DNA of 64,000 nt from positions 122,018,001 through 122,082,000 of the forward strand of contig CM059431.1 of NCBI GenBank assembly GCA_030390025.1, given 5' to 3'. Below are positions 51,566-63,945 of this stretch, one piece after another (within the stretch, counting starts at the first letter, position 1; each line of letters starts with the position of its first letter). The notes beneath the pieces were generated by a model. It was not told the DNA's origin. It worked only from the letters and a program-made list of their open reading frames with translations, and searched no databases. The translations under genes were made by a program, and so were the position numbers. Source of the DNA: Squalus acanthias (taxonomy: Eukaryota).

Positions 51566-52671
51566 ATTTTGTTATCTCCTACTAAGCATAGCTAATTAGT
51601 ATAAAACAACCTATTCTTTCCATCTTCCAATTTAAAAATAAAATATCTTTGCTGACTTGAGTCTTGTTTTGGACACAAACCCTGCTAATTATTTAATCTG
51701 AATTACTACTAAAGATGAAATTCCTTCCCTCACCCATTTTGCCCCTATTTCTGATAAATTGCAGTGTGCTTTACGTTTCCAGCAAATTACTCTTTTTAAT
51801 ATGCTAATGATTTTAAAACAGTGCAGTGCTTCCTGTGGTGGTATCAACATAATGAAATGGCAGAGATAGCCCACGTAGTTCCTGTCTGGCAGCGCAAACA
51901 ACACTGTATGAAGAACAAAATAGGCTTGTAACACCAGGTCCCCATTCTGCAGAGAAGGAAAACATCCGAGAAGAACGTGCAAGTGATCTCCAAGATCAAA
52001 GGAGACTTGGGGGAGGGGGAACAGTAGGAAGTGCTTTAATGATGGTCTCTGGCAGACGAAATAGAAATTATCACCATTCAGGGATCAGTGAAGACAACTG
52101 AAGGTGAACTTGACACCACAGAATAACTCACTCAGCAGAGGAGAAGTCTGACCAAGCTTTTGTCACTAAATCCTTTGCTGGTGTGGAGATAAAAGAGGTG
52201 CATCTTCAAAACTCAGATAATAAACAGCACATCAATAAGTAACGTATTGAATTTACAATGCCTACACATATGTAGTGTCTTCATGATTCTACAAGTATAA
52301 TCTACAGAATATCTAAAACAACATTAAGTTGAACAAATTTTGTATCTTTCCTATATTTATAGCCAAATAGTGCATATACTGGAGCCTCAAGAGCCACAAG
52401 TAAAGTTGAAATCCATGTTCCCATTAATTTGCATATTTTAAAGATCCTAATACGAAGAGAACTTGGTGTTCTGAGTGTGGATTTTCTCACCAATTAAAAG
52501 ACCTTTCCATACCGCCCAGCTTAAAAAGTACAAAAGGATAAACCAGCAACTAAAAAATATAAGAGCAAATAGGTCTGAGATGCATGGGTTTTGTGAGCCA
52601 GATGTCCAGGGCTTGAGGCTGCCTGTGACTCATGCCTCAGTTTAGACACCCAGTCCAGTATTCCCCTCTTT

Positions 52672-53180
52672 GGAGCAAAGTTCCGACAGGGTGGAACTTC
52701 TGCCCACCCTCCAAATCGACCCCAACCGTGACTAATTTTCCTAGGTTTGGGTCATCAGGATTCCCACCTTCAAGATGGAGTCCGCCAGTACAACAAGGAC
52801 AAGCGAGGCTGCTGCTGCAGCACCTGAAAATGCAGCAAGAGACCTTAAAGGGGCAGAACGCCCCAAAGATTGGAATTAATGTCCCACTGAAGATCTTGGT
52901 CGTGACCGGTGTCTTCAGCAGGTGAGGTTTGGAGGGTTATATGAAGGGAGATCAGGTTGGTACAGTGCCCTCTCCCTCCATGGGAGCACCTCAGGCCAGT
53001 ATGCCACCTCTTCTTGGGTGGGGAAGGAGAGGCCAGTGGCAGTCGGGAGGGAGCAAGCGGAGAGAAATATTGGTTTAGGTGGTGAGGTGATTGTAGGCCT
53101 CTCCAACTATATTTTCTTTCATTTTCCACTGCTCTACCACCTGATTTTAGGAAGGATCACAGATGAAATTTCCGACCCCC
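52672..53180. mobile_element. Degenerate non-autonomous DNA transposon
   Basis: Right end gaaatttccgaccccc is of the same type as other Harbinger-like termini here. Left end is uncertain. Confidence 0.35.
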
Positions 53181-53337
53181 TGCTCTAAACTAACAGATGG
53201 CTCAATAAACTTTTGAGATAACTCTTATTGTAATTAATACGATAGCAAAATACTGCAGATGCTGGAAATCCGAAATAACAACAGAAAACGCTGGAAAAAC
53301 TCAGCAGGCCAGGCAGCATCCGTGGAGAGAGAAAGAG

Positions 53338-53374
53338 AGTTGACGTTTCAGGTCGATGACCTTTCATCAGAACT
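53338..53374 (-). ncRNA. Hammerhead ribozyme motif, inverted-arm copy
   Basis: Exact reverse complement of 55064-55100. Confidence 0.82.
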
Positions 53375-53542
53375 GGGAAGAGCTGGAAATCAAATAGATT
53401 TAAGGCCAGGGTAAAGCTGGGAAAAGGGGGAGGGGATAAAGGAACAAAGGAGGAGATGAAGAGACATTAAGAGACATTAAGAGATATGCAAGGCTAGAGG
53501 TGGTGTTAATGTGACAGATTAAGGCTGAATGAAGTGTGAAAT

Positions 53543-54787
53543 GAACTTGTTCTCACATTGAACAACTTCTCCTTTGACTCTACCCATTTCCTCCAAATTA
53601 AAGGTGTTGCTATGGGTACCCGCATGGGTCCTAGCTATGCCTGCCTTTTCGTGGGATATGTGGAACACTCTTTGTTCCAGTCCTACTCGGGTCCCCTCCC
53701 TCACCTCTTTTTCCGGTACATTGATGACTGTATCGGTGCCGTCTCCTGCTCTCGCCCTGAACTAGAACATTTCATTCACTATGCTTCCAATTTCCACCCT
53801 TCCCTCACCTTCACATGGTCCATCTCCGACTCTTCTCTTCCCTTCCTCGACTTCTCCATCTCCATCTCTGGGGATAGGTTATTGACTAACATTCACTACA
53901 AGCCCACCGACTCCCACAGCTACCTGGACTACACTTCCTCCCACCCCGCCTCCTGTAAGGACTCTATTCCATTCTCCCAGTTTCTCCGTCTCCGCCGCAT
54001 CTGCTCTGATGATGCCACCTTCCATACCAGTGCTTCCGACATGTCTTCCTTTTTCCTCAACCGAGGATTCCCCTCTACCGTGGTCGACACGGCCCTCGAC
54101 CGTGTCCGTTCTATCTCCCGCACATCTGCCCTCACCCCTGCCCCTCCCTCCCGGAACCACGATAGGGTTCCCCTTGTCCTCACCTTTCACCCCACCAGCC
54201 TCCACATTCAACGGATCATCCTCCGCCATTTCCGCCACCTCCAGCGTGATCCCACCACCAAACACATCTTCCCCTCACCTCCCCTTTCAGCATTCCGCAG
54301 GGACCGCTCCCTCCGCGACACCCTAGTCCACTCCTCTACCACCCCCAGCACCCCTTCCCCTTCGCCCGGCACCTTCCCGTGCACGCGCAGGAGATGCAAC
54401 ACATGCCCTTATACCTCCCCTCTTCCCACTGTCCAGGGCCCCAAACACCCCTTCCAGGTGAAACAGCGATTTACTTGTACTTCCTGCAATTTAGTATACT
54501 GTATTCGCTGCTCACGATGTGGACTCCTCTACATTGGGGAGACCAAACGCAGATTGGGTGACCGCTTTGCGGAACACCTCCGTTCAGTCCGTAAGGGGGA
54601 CCCCGAGCTCCCGGTGGCCTGTCACTTTAATTCACCGCTTCACTCCCACTCTGACCTCACCGTCCTCGGCCTAATACACTGTTCCACGGAAGCTCAGCGT
54701 AAGCTCGAGGAACAGCACCTCATCTTTCGTTTAGGCACGCTACAGCCCTCTGGACTCAATATCGAGTTCAACAATTTTAGATCATAA
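53543..54787 (+). CDS. Penelope ORF C-terminal part: RT palm/thumb + GIY-YIG endonuclease (no true start codon; truncated)
   Basis: QIKGVAMGTRMGPSYA, RYIDD, LPFLD, YKPTD, CxRxRCxxC linker, LVYCIRC..LLYIGETKRRLGDRFAEH, GLN. The frame is uninterrupted from the inversion junction to TAA at 54787. Confidence 0.93.
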   Translation, partial: ELVLTLNNFSFDSTHFLQIKGVAMGTRMGPSYACLFVGYVEHSLFQSYSGPLPHLFFRYIDDCIGAVSCSRPELEHFIHYASNFHPSLTFTWSISDSSLPFLDFSISISGDRLLTNIHYKPTDSHSYLDYTSSHPASCKDSIPFSQFLRLRRICSDDATFHTSASDMSSFFLNRGFPSTVVDTALDRVRSISRTSALTPAPPSRNHDRVPLVLTFHPTSLHIQRIILRHFRHLQRDPTTKHIFPSPPLSAFRRDRSLRDTLVHSSTTPSTPSPSPGTFPCTRRRCNTCPYTSPLPTVQGPKHPFQVKQRFTCTSCNLVYCIRCSRCGLLYIGETKRRLGDRFAEHLRSVRKGDPELPVACHFNSPLHSHSDLTVLGLIHCSTEAQRKLEEQHLIFRLGTLQPSGLNIEFNNFRS

Positions 54788-55063
54788 CCTCAGCTCCAAT
54801 CACATTTATATTTTATTTTATCCACCCTTTTATTTGTCCCCCCCACCTTTTTTTTCCTCCTAGAAGCTGGCAGCTGTCCTTCATTCTGCCAGTAGATTTC
54901 ACACTTCATTCAGCCTTAATCTGTCACATTAACACCACCTCTAGCCTTGCATATCTCTTAATGTCTCTTAATGTCTCTTCATCTCCTCCTTTGTTCCTTT
55001 ATCCCCTCCCCCTTTTCCCAGCTTTACCCTGGCCTTAAATCTATTTGATTTCCAGCTCTTCCC

Positions 55064-55100
55064 AGTTCTGATGAAAGGTCATCGACCTGAAACGTCAACT
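55064..55100 (+). ncRNA. Minimal type I hammerhead ribozyme motif in the Penelope 3' region
   Basis: agtt-CTGATGA-a-aggtc(atc)gacct-GAAA-cg-TC-aact: intact core, GUC cleavage triplet, helix I agtt/aact. Confidence 0.82.
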
Positions 55101-55751
55101 CTCTTTCTCTCTCCACGGATGCTGCCTGGCCTGCTGAGTTTTTCCAGCGTTTTCTGTTGTTATTTCTTATTGTAATTAAGTTGTGTTTATACTTAGGCAG
55201 TATCTCCTTACTCTTCCGTGTCTTACACGGGATCTTAATTTCCTGAGGTAATAAAAAATTAATTGAACTGTGACTTTAGCATACATTATCCATACATGTA
55301 TCCTGGTGTTATTTATCAAACAGGTCCAATAGTGCCTGCTTATAAATTGGACATTATTCTGTCCTCTTCAAAAAATAAATTTTTGCTACACAATATTTAC
55401 TTTACTGGGAGAGGGCAGCACAGACCTGGGGAATGTTCTGTGCCATTCTGAACATAAGGTTAAGAAAAGCTATTTTGATTGAAAGGTATTCAAAGGCGAT
55501 GCAGTGTGATATTTATGATATTTATTGATAATTGGGATGTATAAACGAATTTGCAGTTCTGTTTCACCTTTAATGTCCTCAGGACATCCCAAAGCACTTG
55601 GACACTTTATAGCCAATAAATTACTTTTGAAGTGTAGTCCTTGTACCTTTTCAGACAAACGTGGCAGCCAATTTGTGTGCAGTAAAGTCCCACAGACAAT
55701 AATGAGATGAATAAACAGTTAACCTGTTTTGGGTGGTAGTTGAGAAGTAAA

Positions 55752-57549
55752 GGGGAAACATTTGTGTTCGCCAGCTAAGTTGCCGGTGTCACAGCAACTA
55801 CAATTAACGGCCGCTGGAAATGGCCACAACGCTAACTGACTGAAATTGGTCTGGGGGGCATGGAGATAGGTGGTGCAGTGTTCACCTGCCATGCAACACC
55901 GCCCTGATTCGGTGTTGCAGCTTCCCACAGCCTCTGTGAGCGAAGCTGTGGCACTCACAAGGAATTATGGGTAATGAAGAGGTCTGAGAATTAAGGGGGC
56001 CATGCACGCTGAAGCAATGCAAAACAAAATGCAGTGAATCAATACATTTTTCAGCCCTTTCTGCCTTTTAAGAAATATGCAATATTTAAATGTGAATATT
56101 CAGCTGTTAAAGCTGAATTACCTTCCTAAACTCAAGGAATGGGAAAACTGCCTCAGCACTAACACAAATGGCTCAGCAAGCCAGCGAAGGGGAACTGAGG
56201 GTCTCATACGCAGCACTCCAGTTTTGTGCAGAGGGTCAACACTGCAAGAGCGGCCCTCTACCCAGAGGGGCCAGGAGGCCCTCCAGAAACAATGATGTGG
56301 GAGTACATCACTAATGCCGTCACTGCCAACAGTGTCACCCCCACCACTTGGTTCCAGTGCCCAAAGAAGCTTCATGACCTCTGACCACTAGTCAAGGTCA
56401 GACAATGCATCTTCAAAAGCCGTCTCCTACCAACTGCACCACTAGCTTCACACACTGCTCAATGCATAACCCCCAATCACTCATCTACCAACAAACTGCA
56501 CCAATGACAAGGCACATCTCCCATTCCTAGCCTCACCTCACCCCTTTGGAGGAGACAGTGCAGGCCATTCTTGGCAGGGGCATGGTTTAGTCCTTAGCCA
56601 GTGGTGAGGCTGAAAGGATACAAGATGCTAGTATCCTCGTACATTATCCTCCTTCTGGCATGCACCTCTTGATTTCCTGCCCTCCCATCAGCACAACTCC
56701 ATCCTTGTGCCTTCCCCATTTCACACACCCAAGAAATGCAGCCTGCCCAGCCAGTGGGTCAACAAGAAGAGGCAGCCTGCCCAGCCAGTGGGACCACAGG
56801 CTGATGATTCCATCCTAGGTATCCCGGACACAAAGGGGCTGTCTGGGATGCATCCTTCCATCTAATTCCTCCTCTTCGGCTTCCTCCTCTTCTGTGTCTT
56901 CCTCTTCCCTCTGTAAGCGAATGCTGTAAATGTGAATTGACAGCATAAAATGCTGGAAATACTCAGTTGGTCAGGCAACATGTTGACCTGAGACGTGAAC
57001 TCTGTTTTTCTCTCCACGGATGTTGCGTGACCTGCTGAATATTCGCAGCATGTTCTGTCTTCTCAAAGGCTTTCATTTACCATCCGAGCCCTTGCAAGCA
57101 TCCAGCAGCACTCCCGACACACTTAAAAAACTTTTCACCTCTATTGCAGCAAGCCACCACTTCAATAAAATCATAAAAAAGTCCAAATCATTCAATTCAA
57201 ACTTACCTGAATGATGTGTGTGTCCCTTTAAGAGCTGCAGACATCGCCACTGTCAGACACTGTCAGCCTGCTTGCACGGCAGGTTAACCTGCGTGCTTAG
57301 GACCCAGCGCTGAATTCAGTGCTAGGGTCGAAGGTCGGGTTGGTGACGTTAAGTCGACATTACATGCTGATTGACGTCACCACGCCTTTTTTTTTCCAGG
57401 GTGCTGCCCGTTACCGGCAGCACAAAGGGGGAGCGGAATATGGCGGCCGGTGTGGGTCCCACCACTAGCTGGCGAAAGAGTGGCTGCCGCCATTTTAATG
57501 CCATTTCATGACGTTACGGAGTGGCAATAAGTATATGAATTTCTAGCCC
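55752..57549 (+). mobile_element. Defective Harbinger element with Myb/SANT remnant (~56168-56400) and a nested mini Penelope fold-back (56941-57060)
   Basis: ggggaaacattt...aatttctagccc termini and a TWFQCPKKLHDL-like peptide. 56941-57060 matches the ends of the 53-55 kb arms in both orientations. Confidence 0.7.
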
Positions 57550-57731
57550 GAAGTATTGATCTTCAAGTAGTACCATGGGATCTTTTAAGTTTACCTGACA
57601 GGGCAGATGGGGCCTTCGTTTAATGTCTCATCTGAAAGACACAAACTTCTAAATGCAACATTCCCTTAGTACCGCACTGAAGTGTCACCTTAGATTATGT
57701 GTTCCAGTCCTGGAGTGGGGCGTGAGACTAT

Positions 57732-58346
57732 GGCCGGAATTTTAAGAGGTAAGAATGAGTGGCTTTGAGGCGTGGGAGTGACGTGAGAGTTGTAAACATG
57801 TAAAGCCCGACCCCAACCTGCCCACTTTCACCTTTTACTCTGGTGGGACGGGGTTGGGGGGGGGGGAGAGCTGCCAACCCGCTGCCAGGTGGCGGGTTGG
57901 CAATTTTAATATTGTAATGAGCCTCTACTTTAAGCTGCTTTGCAGGTTTTACTGCAGGCGCCCGGGGCTCCCGGGGCTCGGGATTCCCAATGGCTGCAAC
58001 GAGATGGCCTCACCTTTGGGGAGCAATCCTTATGGGCTAGGAGGAGCAGGAGTGCTTCCTCCCAGTACCCCAAGCTCCCCAACCATCAGCCCGCCCCTCC
58101 CCGGGGGTTGCGGATCGGACCCCCCTCCACCCTAGCCTTGGACCCCCACCCCCCTTTACCCTTCCTGACCCAGCACTTACCTGGTCCTGTGGCCTCCTTG
58201 TCCTAGTTCCCTGCACAAATGGAAGCTAGCCTGTCAATCAGGCTGGCTTCAGGGTGGGGAACCCGGCCTTTCCGTCGCACGCACGCTGTGGAGTTAAAAC
58301 TCCACAGCGTGCCGGGAAACCTGTGGGACCCGGGAAAATCCAGCCC
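57732..58346. mobile_element. Harbinger-like MITE
   Basis: ggccggaatttt...aaaatccagccc termini with tat/tgt flanks. Confidence 0.75.
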
Positions 58347-58666
58347 TGTGACTTTCTGACTCAGAGGAAAGATTGCTGCTATTAGGCCAAGGCTGACATT
58401 TTTTAACACCATATGTAATCATCCATAGTTGAGATGTTACTATTGGTGCCACAGACTCCTGCAAGAAGAACCCAGTTACAGAGTCCACATACTCCATGGT
58501 TGACTGCAGATTGTCAATGCCGTGCACCAGAAGCACATACAAGTTGGAAGTGGACTCCTCTACCATCTCTGATATGTGCTGGTAACTCACTGGCAGGCTG
58601 TCCAATATAGTGATCAATTGCTGGTATGCAGAACACATTTTTCTGTCGAAGACTGGGCATCTAAAT

Positions 58667-58882
58667 TATTTATTCGTTCATTGGATGTGGGCGTTGCTGG
58701 CAAGGCCTGCATTTGTTGCCTATCCCTAATTGCCCTTGAGAAGGTGGTGGTGAGACACCTTCTACAACTGAGTGGCTTGCTAGGCCATTTCAGAGGGCAG
58801 TTAAGAGCCAACCACATTGCTGTGGGTCTCGAGTCACATATAGGCCCAAACCAGGTAAGGGCGGCAGGTTTCCTTCCCTAAA
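58667..58882 (-). mobile_element. SINE/LINE 3'-end fragment
   Basis: Minus strand ends gcccacatccaatgaacgaataaa, resembling a non-LTR 3' tail. Family not assigned. Confidence 0.55.
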
Positions 58883-59779
58883 TTCTGCATCGCCCTGTGC
58901 AATCCTCTCTAACTCGCTCTCTATACTAACTAAGGTGCCAATCTCCGTGCTGGTGGTTGGAAATGTATAAGCGAGTGACAGTGCATCTTCAGGATGGTGG
59001 TTCTCCTCTATCTATCTGCATGGCTGTAGGGCTGGAGTCATCAAAAGGACCGAGGAAAAGGGAACAGAAACATGGGTTAGGAGGTAATGGCAAAGGTAAG
59101 CAGTAGCAGATGAGTTCAACAACACCATTGAGGACCAGGTAGCCCTAATATTTCAAGGGGATAAATGTTCAACTTGCTGTCTTGTCGTAGTACTGGCATT
59201 GTGAATTGTTCGCCTATGGAAACCACCCGCTTTTAATTTCCATTGAAATCAATCAGTTAGAAACTCACCAACCCTATCACTTACTTGCATTCACCAGCCC
59301 ATATAGTCACTAGAGATCATCAATATAGTTTAGATAAGGAAATATGACTCGGTGAGGCACAGAACACAATGAGGCCAGAGGATGAATGTATGGAAGTGGT
59401 GTCCTAAGAGGCGCCTAAGGAGATGCTAAGTCCAGCTGCAAAGCACGAGGATGATGATCTGAAAGAACCTACCATGAACAAAAGGATGCTTGCAGAGTAT
59501 CAGACAAATGTTAAGGCACTTCAGAGCCTCTCTGCAGATCTGTGCCAAATCTGGGATCATTGTGGAATCCAATGCCCTACTCTTCAGCACAATGTGAGGG
59601 GGATTTCTGTCAATCCATTGCATGCTGGAGAAAATAGCAGCTCTAGAAACATCTGGATTCAGTTCCACCCCCCCCCTCCCCCCCACCATCCCACCATTCC
59701 CAATAACAAGGCCCTCAGGTAAGTCTGTATCTGCAACTTGGAAACATTGATTTTTGATCTTCATCACACATCTCTTGGA

Positions 59780-60500
59780 GTCTGTTCTCCCGCAGATCAG
59801 TAGATATGCTGAGCCACAAAATGGTGACCAGCCTTTAATTTGCTGTGCAGTGGGCAAACAGTGGGTGATGGGCGATTGATGCAATACAGAATCACAAGCA
59901 GGCACACAACTTCATGATGCACTGTTGACCAGTTACATATTAAAAGAGTGGAAGTCCTTGCAATTGATGATGGCAGCCACATTGTGTGAAAAGCCCACTG
60001 AGCCAAATGGGTGCAGACAATACTGCCCAGTACTTGGGAATCCAGAAAACTGTGTGAAGTCTGGACTTCAACCCTGCTGCCCCCAGATGTCCAAGGGAAA
60101 GTGAAGAATTTGTTTGCTCGAACAAACAAGGGATTAGTCACCTGTTTAATGCAAGCACAGACTGCAGACTGACAAATGTTCCTGCTGTCACCTGAGGTAA
60201 CCTGGAAGGAGCCGGAGGGAAAGAAGTTCAGAGCTACAGAGTCCTGACTGCAGCAGGCAATTCTGTGCTAGATACAACAGTTAGCAGCAGACCTTCTTGA
60301 TAATCAAAGCCTTCTTGTGCACTGCTCCTCAGACAATTGCAGGTATGTTGTTCTGGGTTTATAAACTCGGTTGGGAGGGTATGGTTTGCGCTGAGCATAC
60401 CTTCTTGTATTTGCTCTCCCTCCGGCTGGAGTTCTGTTTTCCCATTCCTCCTGCTTCTTCTGCTCCCAGAGTGGGATTCCTAGAAGGCCTGCAATCAAGA
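59780..60500 (-). pseudogene. Harbinger transposase pseudogene (element extends to ~61420)
   Basis: RKPYPPNRVYKPRTTYLQLSEEQCTRRL, VTNPLFVRANKFFTFP, INCKDFHSFN, CDSVLHQS and GW..GSAYL correspond to Harbinger DDE transposase motifs. Terminus gaatttcagccc at 61420. Confidence 0.8.
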
Positions 60501-61442
60501 AACATTTGCAATGCCAGAAGCTCCTTACAATTCAGAACCTACAGTAGCAACTTCAAGCATTTTCAAATCCTTTAACGCCAAATAACCCACAAGCTCCTGC
60601 AGGAAAACAGTCTCCAATAGCTCGACACAGCTTTCCCTGACAATAGCTGAGGATCCCTTTAAATAGTATTTGAAATGGTCGCATCAGGACTTGTACCACC
60701 CTTGGTTGGTGGGCAGAAGCAGCAAGTGGCGATAATCAGGCAGTAAGGATAAAAAATGGCATTGGCACCCGAATGATGTCACTCGACTCGGATTTGAATT
60801 TCTTTCATGATTTCTGATTTGAATTTCTCCCGCTTGTTTCAGACAGGACTTCTGACTGCCAAGATTAATGTCTCCTGGAAAATCTGACCACTTGCAAAAG
60901 CAGCAGTAAATGGATTGGGGCAAAACACCGATTTATCTTGTGCCTGCCCCTGCCCCGTTTTTGAGTGCAAACAAGGAAGTAAAGAGACAAAAGTCCCCCC
61001 TCCCCCCTCCTTTTGCAGCTGTCACAGATTTTATCCTAAATTCTCCAAGCGCAAACCCGCTCCCAAAAAGACGCAACTGATAGAAAAGTTTTTCTTACCG
61101 AGCCTTGTAGACTCCACTTCCACCTTCTTCAGCTGGGACTGGCAACAATGCCTGTTTTATACAACGTTTCTTAGAAGGGCTGAGTTGAATGTGGAAATGA
61201 CAGAATGTGGGATGGGTGATGTGATTCCATTCTAAATCTATCATTTACATGCATGCACTGTTTCTAGGACAGGCACTTCTTTCTCTGGTCCTCATTGCCA
61301 TAGGAACTTGAGACACCATTTAAATGGGGTACGGATCTGGTACATCCAGGTTCTGTCTCAAATTTCAGCCCGCCAAGATATAAATTGGCTGCATTGTGCC
61401 ATCTGCGGGAATTTCAGCCCCACCCTCTACGCCTATTTTTAC

Positions 61443-61655
61443 GTAGAATTTTACAGCACAGAAACAGGCCATTCAGCCCAATAGGTCTATGCTCCACACG
61501 AGCCTCCTCTCACCTTACTTCATCTCAGCCTATCAACATATCCTTCTATTCCTTTCTCCATCATGTACTTATCTAGCTTCCTTTAAATGCATCTATGCTA
61601 TTTACCTCAACCACTCCATGTGGTAGTGAGTTCCACATTCTCACCCCTCTCAGAA
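61443..61655 (-). mobile_element. CR1 3'-end fragment
   Basis: acagcacagaaacaggccattcagccc...gagttccacattctcacc is homologous to the other minus-strand CR1 tails. Confidence 0.75.
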
Positions 61656-62934
61656 TATTTTGAAATGCATTAAACGGGATTCAGAGAGAGAGAAACATTG
61701 CTGCACCCAGAATTAAAGGTCCAGAGTCCTGAGGAGAATTACATAGCTGAATTTCTTTTCACTGGTTTGAGGGGCAACATAACCAAAGCATTAAATGCTG
61801 AGAAATATAGAAAATGAAGATATAAACATGCTATTTGACTTAAAGGAGCTGCCCTTCCCACAGTGCGTTTCCACTGGGAGTGTGATGGAGTGCCCACAAT
61901 TTGGTTAAGACATGGGTTGCTGCCTTGTACAGGAGTTTCCTGATGGCCTGCTAAGTAGATAAGTGGATAAGACTCTGCCCATATCGAACAAGGTCATCAG
62001 TTAAGAGGGAGCAGGGGGTGAGGGCTCACAATGTCAGAAGTTCCCATACGCCCACCTTGTGAATAGTCAGGTGTATCATTGGCAAGCCAGTTGAATCCAG
62101 GCATATTCACCAGCTGAAAAGCAGAAATGGGGCCCGACTTGGTTGTAGCCTGGAATCCTGACAAAGAAACAACTTCACAGAAACTTTGACCCCCCTTACA
62201 AAGAGGTCAGAGGCGGCACCTCTCTTTTTATCATGGGGAGAGGCAGTGCTTCTTGACTTAGCAAACAGAGCCAGCGTTTGTGGTCTCCAGATGCACCTCT
62301 ACTGATGCAGATGCGCAGAATAGAATAGTATATAAAGGAGGGAACTTCCCTCTAATACGGGAAAGTCCTCCAGGGTCAGCGGTGGAGGTGCATCCGGTCA
62401 TTTATGCTGGGATGCAGCCTGCACAGATTTCCAATACCGAGAAGAGTTAAATTTTACAGGGTAGTGGATATGAGTAAAGGACTTTAAGAAAAAGCTGTTG
62501 TCGCTGTGTTAATTAACTCCTTCAAAAAAATGGATAAATACCTGTCTGGGAATGGGAAATGATTTTAGGAATAGGTAAAGATTGAAATGATCAAAATGTT
62601 TGGAAACAATGGTCGTGTGCTACTGGAGTCTGAAGTGATGGTGGTAAGGTTTAGGTGAGTGCAGGGCTGTTGGCAGAGTAGGATGTTAAGCCAATAAGAT
62701 GATTTTGGAGATGTGGCAGTGCATAAGTATTCGAAGGTTTTGCTAACTTTCTGGAATTGGAGCATTTATGCAGAATGTTCCCTTAGGAAATCAGATAGAT
62801 GGAGTTGAGATTGATTGCATGTGCTTTGGAAAAAGATTTTGTTTGAGCAGCTGAGACGCCATTTCTCATTCAATGTTTTTTTCTGCTTTTATAGTTCAAC
62901 AGTGATTATCACTGTTTGTTAAACATTATTTAGC

Positions 62935-63945
62935 ACCAGTCATTTCCTCCATGAGACCCAACATAAAAGTCCTTATTTATATGCAGCCCTTGAACAACAT
63001 TATTCACAAACACAGTGTCAGTTTGCATATGCTAATAACACTGTGGGCAAAATGCCCTGTGAATTGCTTTAAATGTGTCCTCAAAATGGAGGCGGCAGTC
63101 AGACCGAACTATAGGAAACCGAAAGGACAATGCTAATTAAAGCTTTCAACAGTCATGTGAAATAAGGCTTTGCTGACCCATCATTAATCTAAGGTTATCA
63201 AGGGTACCAACGTCTTTAATGATGAGATTTATTACCCTGACATCCCAGAGGGCAAACACCATCGTCACAGAGGGAGGTAAGATGAGCAGCTTAACTAAGC
63301 CAACTTCTGGATACAGTGCTCATTACAGGATAGGGGATTTGTAGGGTAAATGTGAATATAATTCAAACTGGTTGATGTAAGACAGTTTGGTGAGCCAAAT
63401 CTTGGCATCATTCATGCCGAGGCCTAAACTGGGTGGTAAACATTAGAAAAATCCTTGATGAGCAGTTAAGGTGAAGAGTTTAAGGATTTGTCTGGTGCCT
63501 TGATCAATGTATTGTTCCCAGTATTCTTACAACATGCAGCTTAACCTCTCCCTCATTATCCTTAATTCCACACTGCCATCATCCTGTTCGACTGCCTGCT
63601 AATACAAGTCCTGGATGAACCTCAGCATCTTTCAGCTCAGCCCTGGCAAGGCTGAATCTGTCCTATTTAGCTCCTGCCAGAAATATTATGCTTCAGATGG
63701 TGATCCATTTCCCTTCCCAGCTGATCACTCAGACTGAAGATGATAGGATGTAACTTCAATGTCCTGCTTAACCCTGAGCTAATCTGCAAACCTCACATTC
63801 AGTCTATTGCCAAGCGTGCTTATTACCACCTTCAGGACATTGCTGTTCTGCCACTAGCTCATCCCAATTGCTGCTGAAATTCTCAGCCATGCTTTCATTG
63901 CCTCAGGTTTGGTTTCTACAATGTTCTCCTTATCAGCTTCCCCAG
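62935..63945 (+). mobile_element. Old L2 RT fragment interrupted by a non-autonomous element (~63044-63450)
   Basis: LIYMQPLNNIIHKHSVSLHM matches 43450-43510. 63580-63945 aligns with 43570-43930. Confidence 0.65.

Larger units (their letters stand above)
53238..55166 (+). mobile_element. Penelope-like retroelement, 5'-truncated, with an inverted pLTR copy at the 5' side
   Basis: Arms 53272-53542 and 54896-55166 (271 bp each) are reverse complements. 34-nt tail at 53238-53271. TSD (TC)TTATTGTAATTAA at 53223-53237 / 55165-55179. Confidence 0.95.
55545..58400 (-). mobile_element. One SacSINE1-like SINE split into three pieces (55545-55750, 57550-57731, 58347-58400) by two Harbinger insertions
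   Basis: The pieces are colinear with the intact copy at 32147-32585. Confidence 0.75.

Noticed and set aside
51856..52101. ~80-codon open stretch on the plus strand
   Set aside because: No convincing acceptor or start, no recognisable homology, and opposite to the better-supported exons.
53558..54787. Intact 409-aa standalone or domesticated RT-endonuclease gene
   Set aside because: The start is a TTG in mid-RT. An in-frame TGA lies just upstream in the inverted arm and the N-terminal RT motifs are missing.
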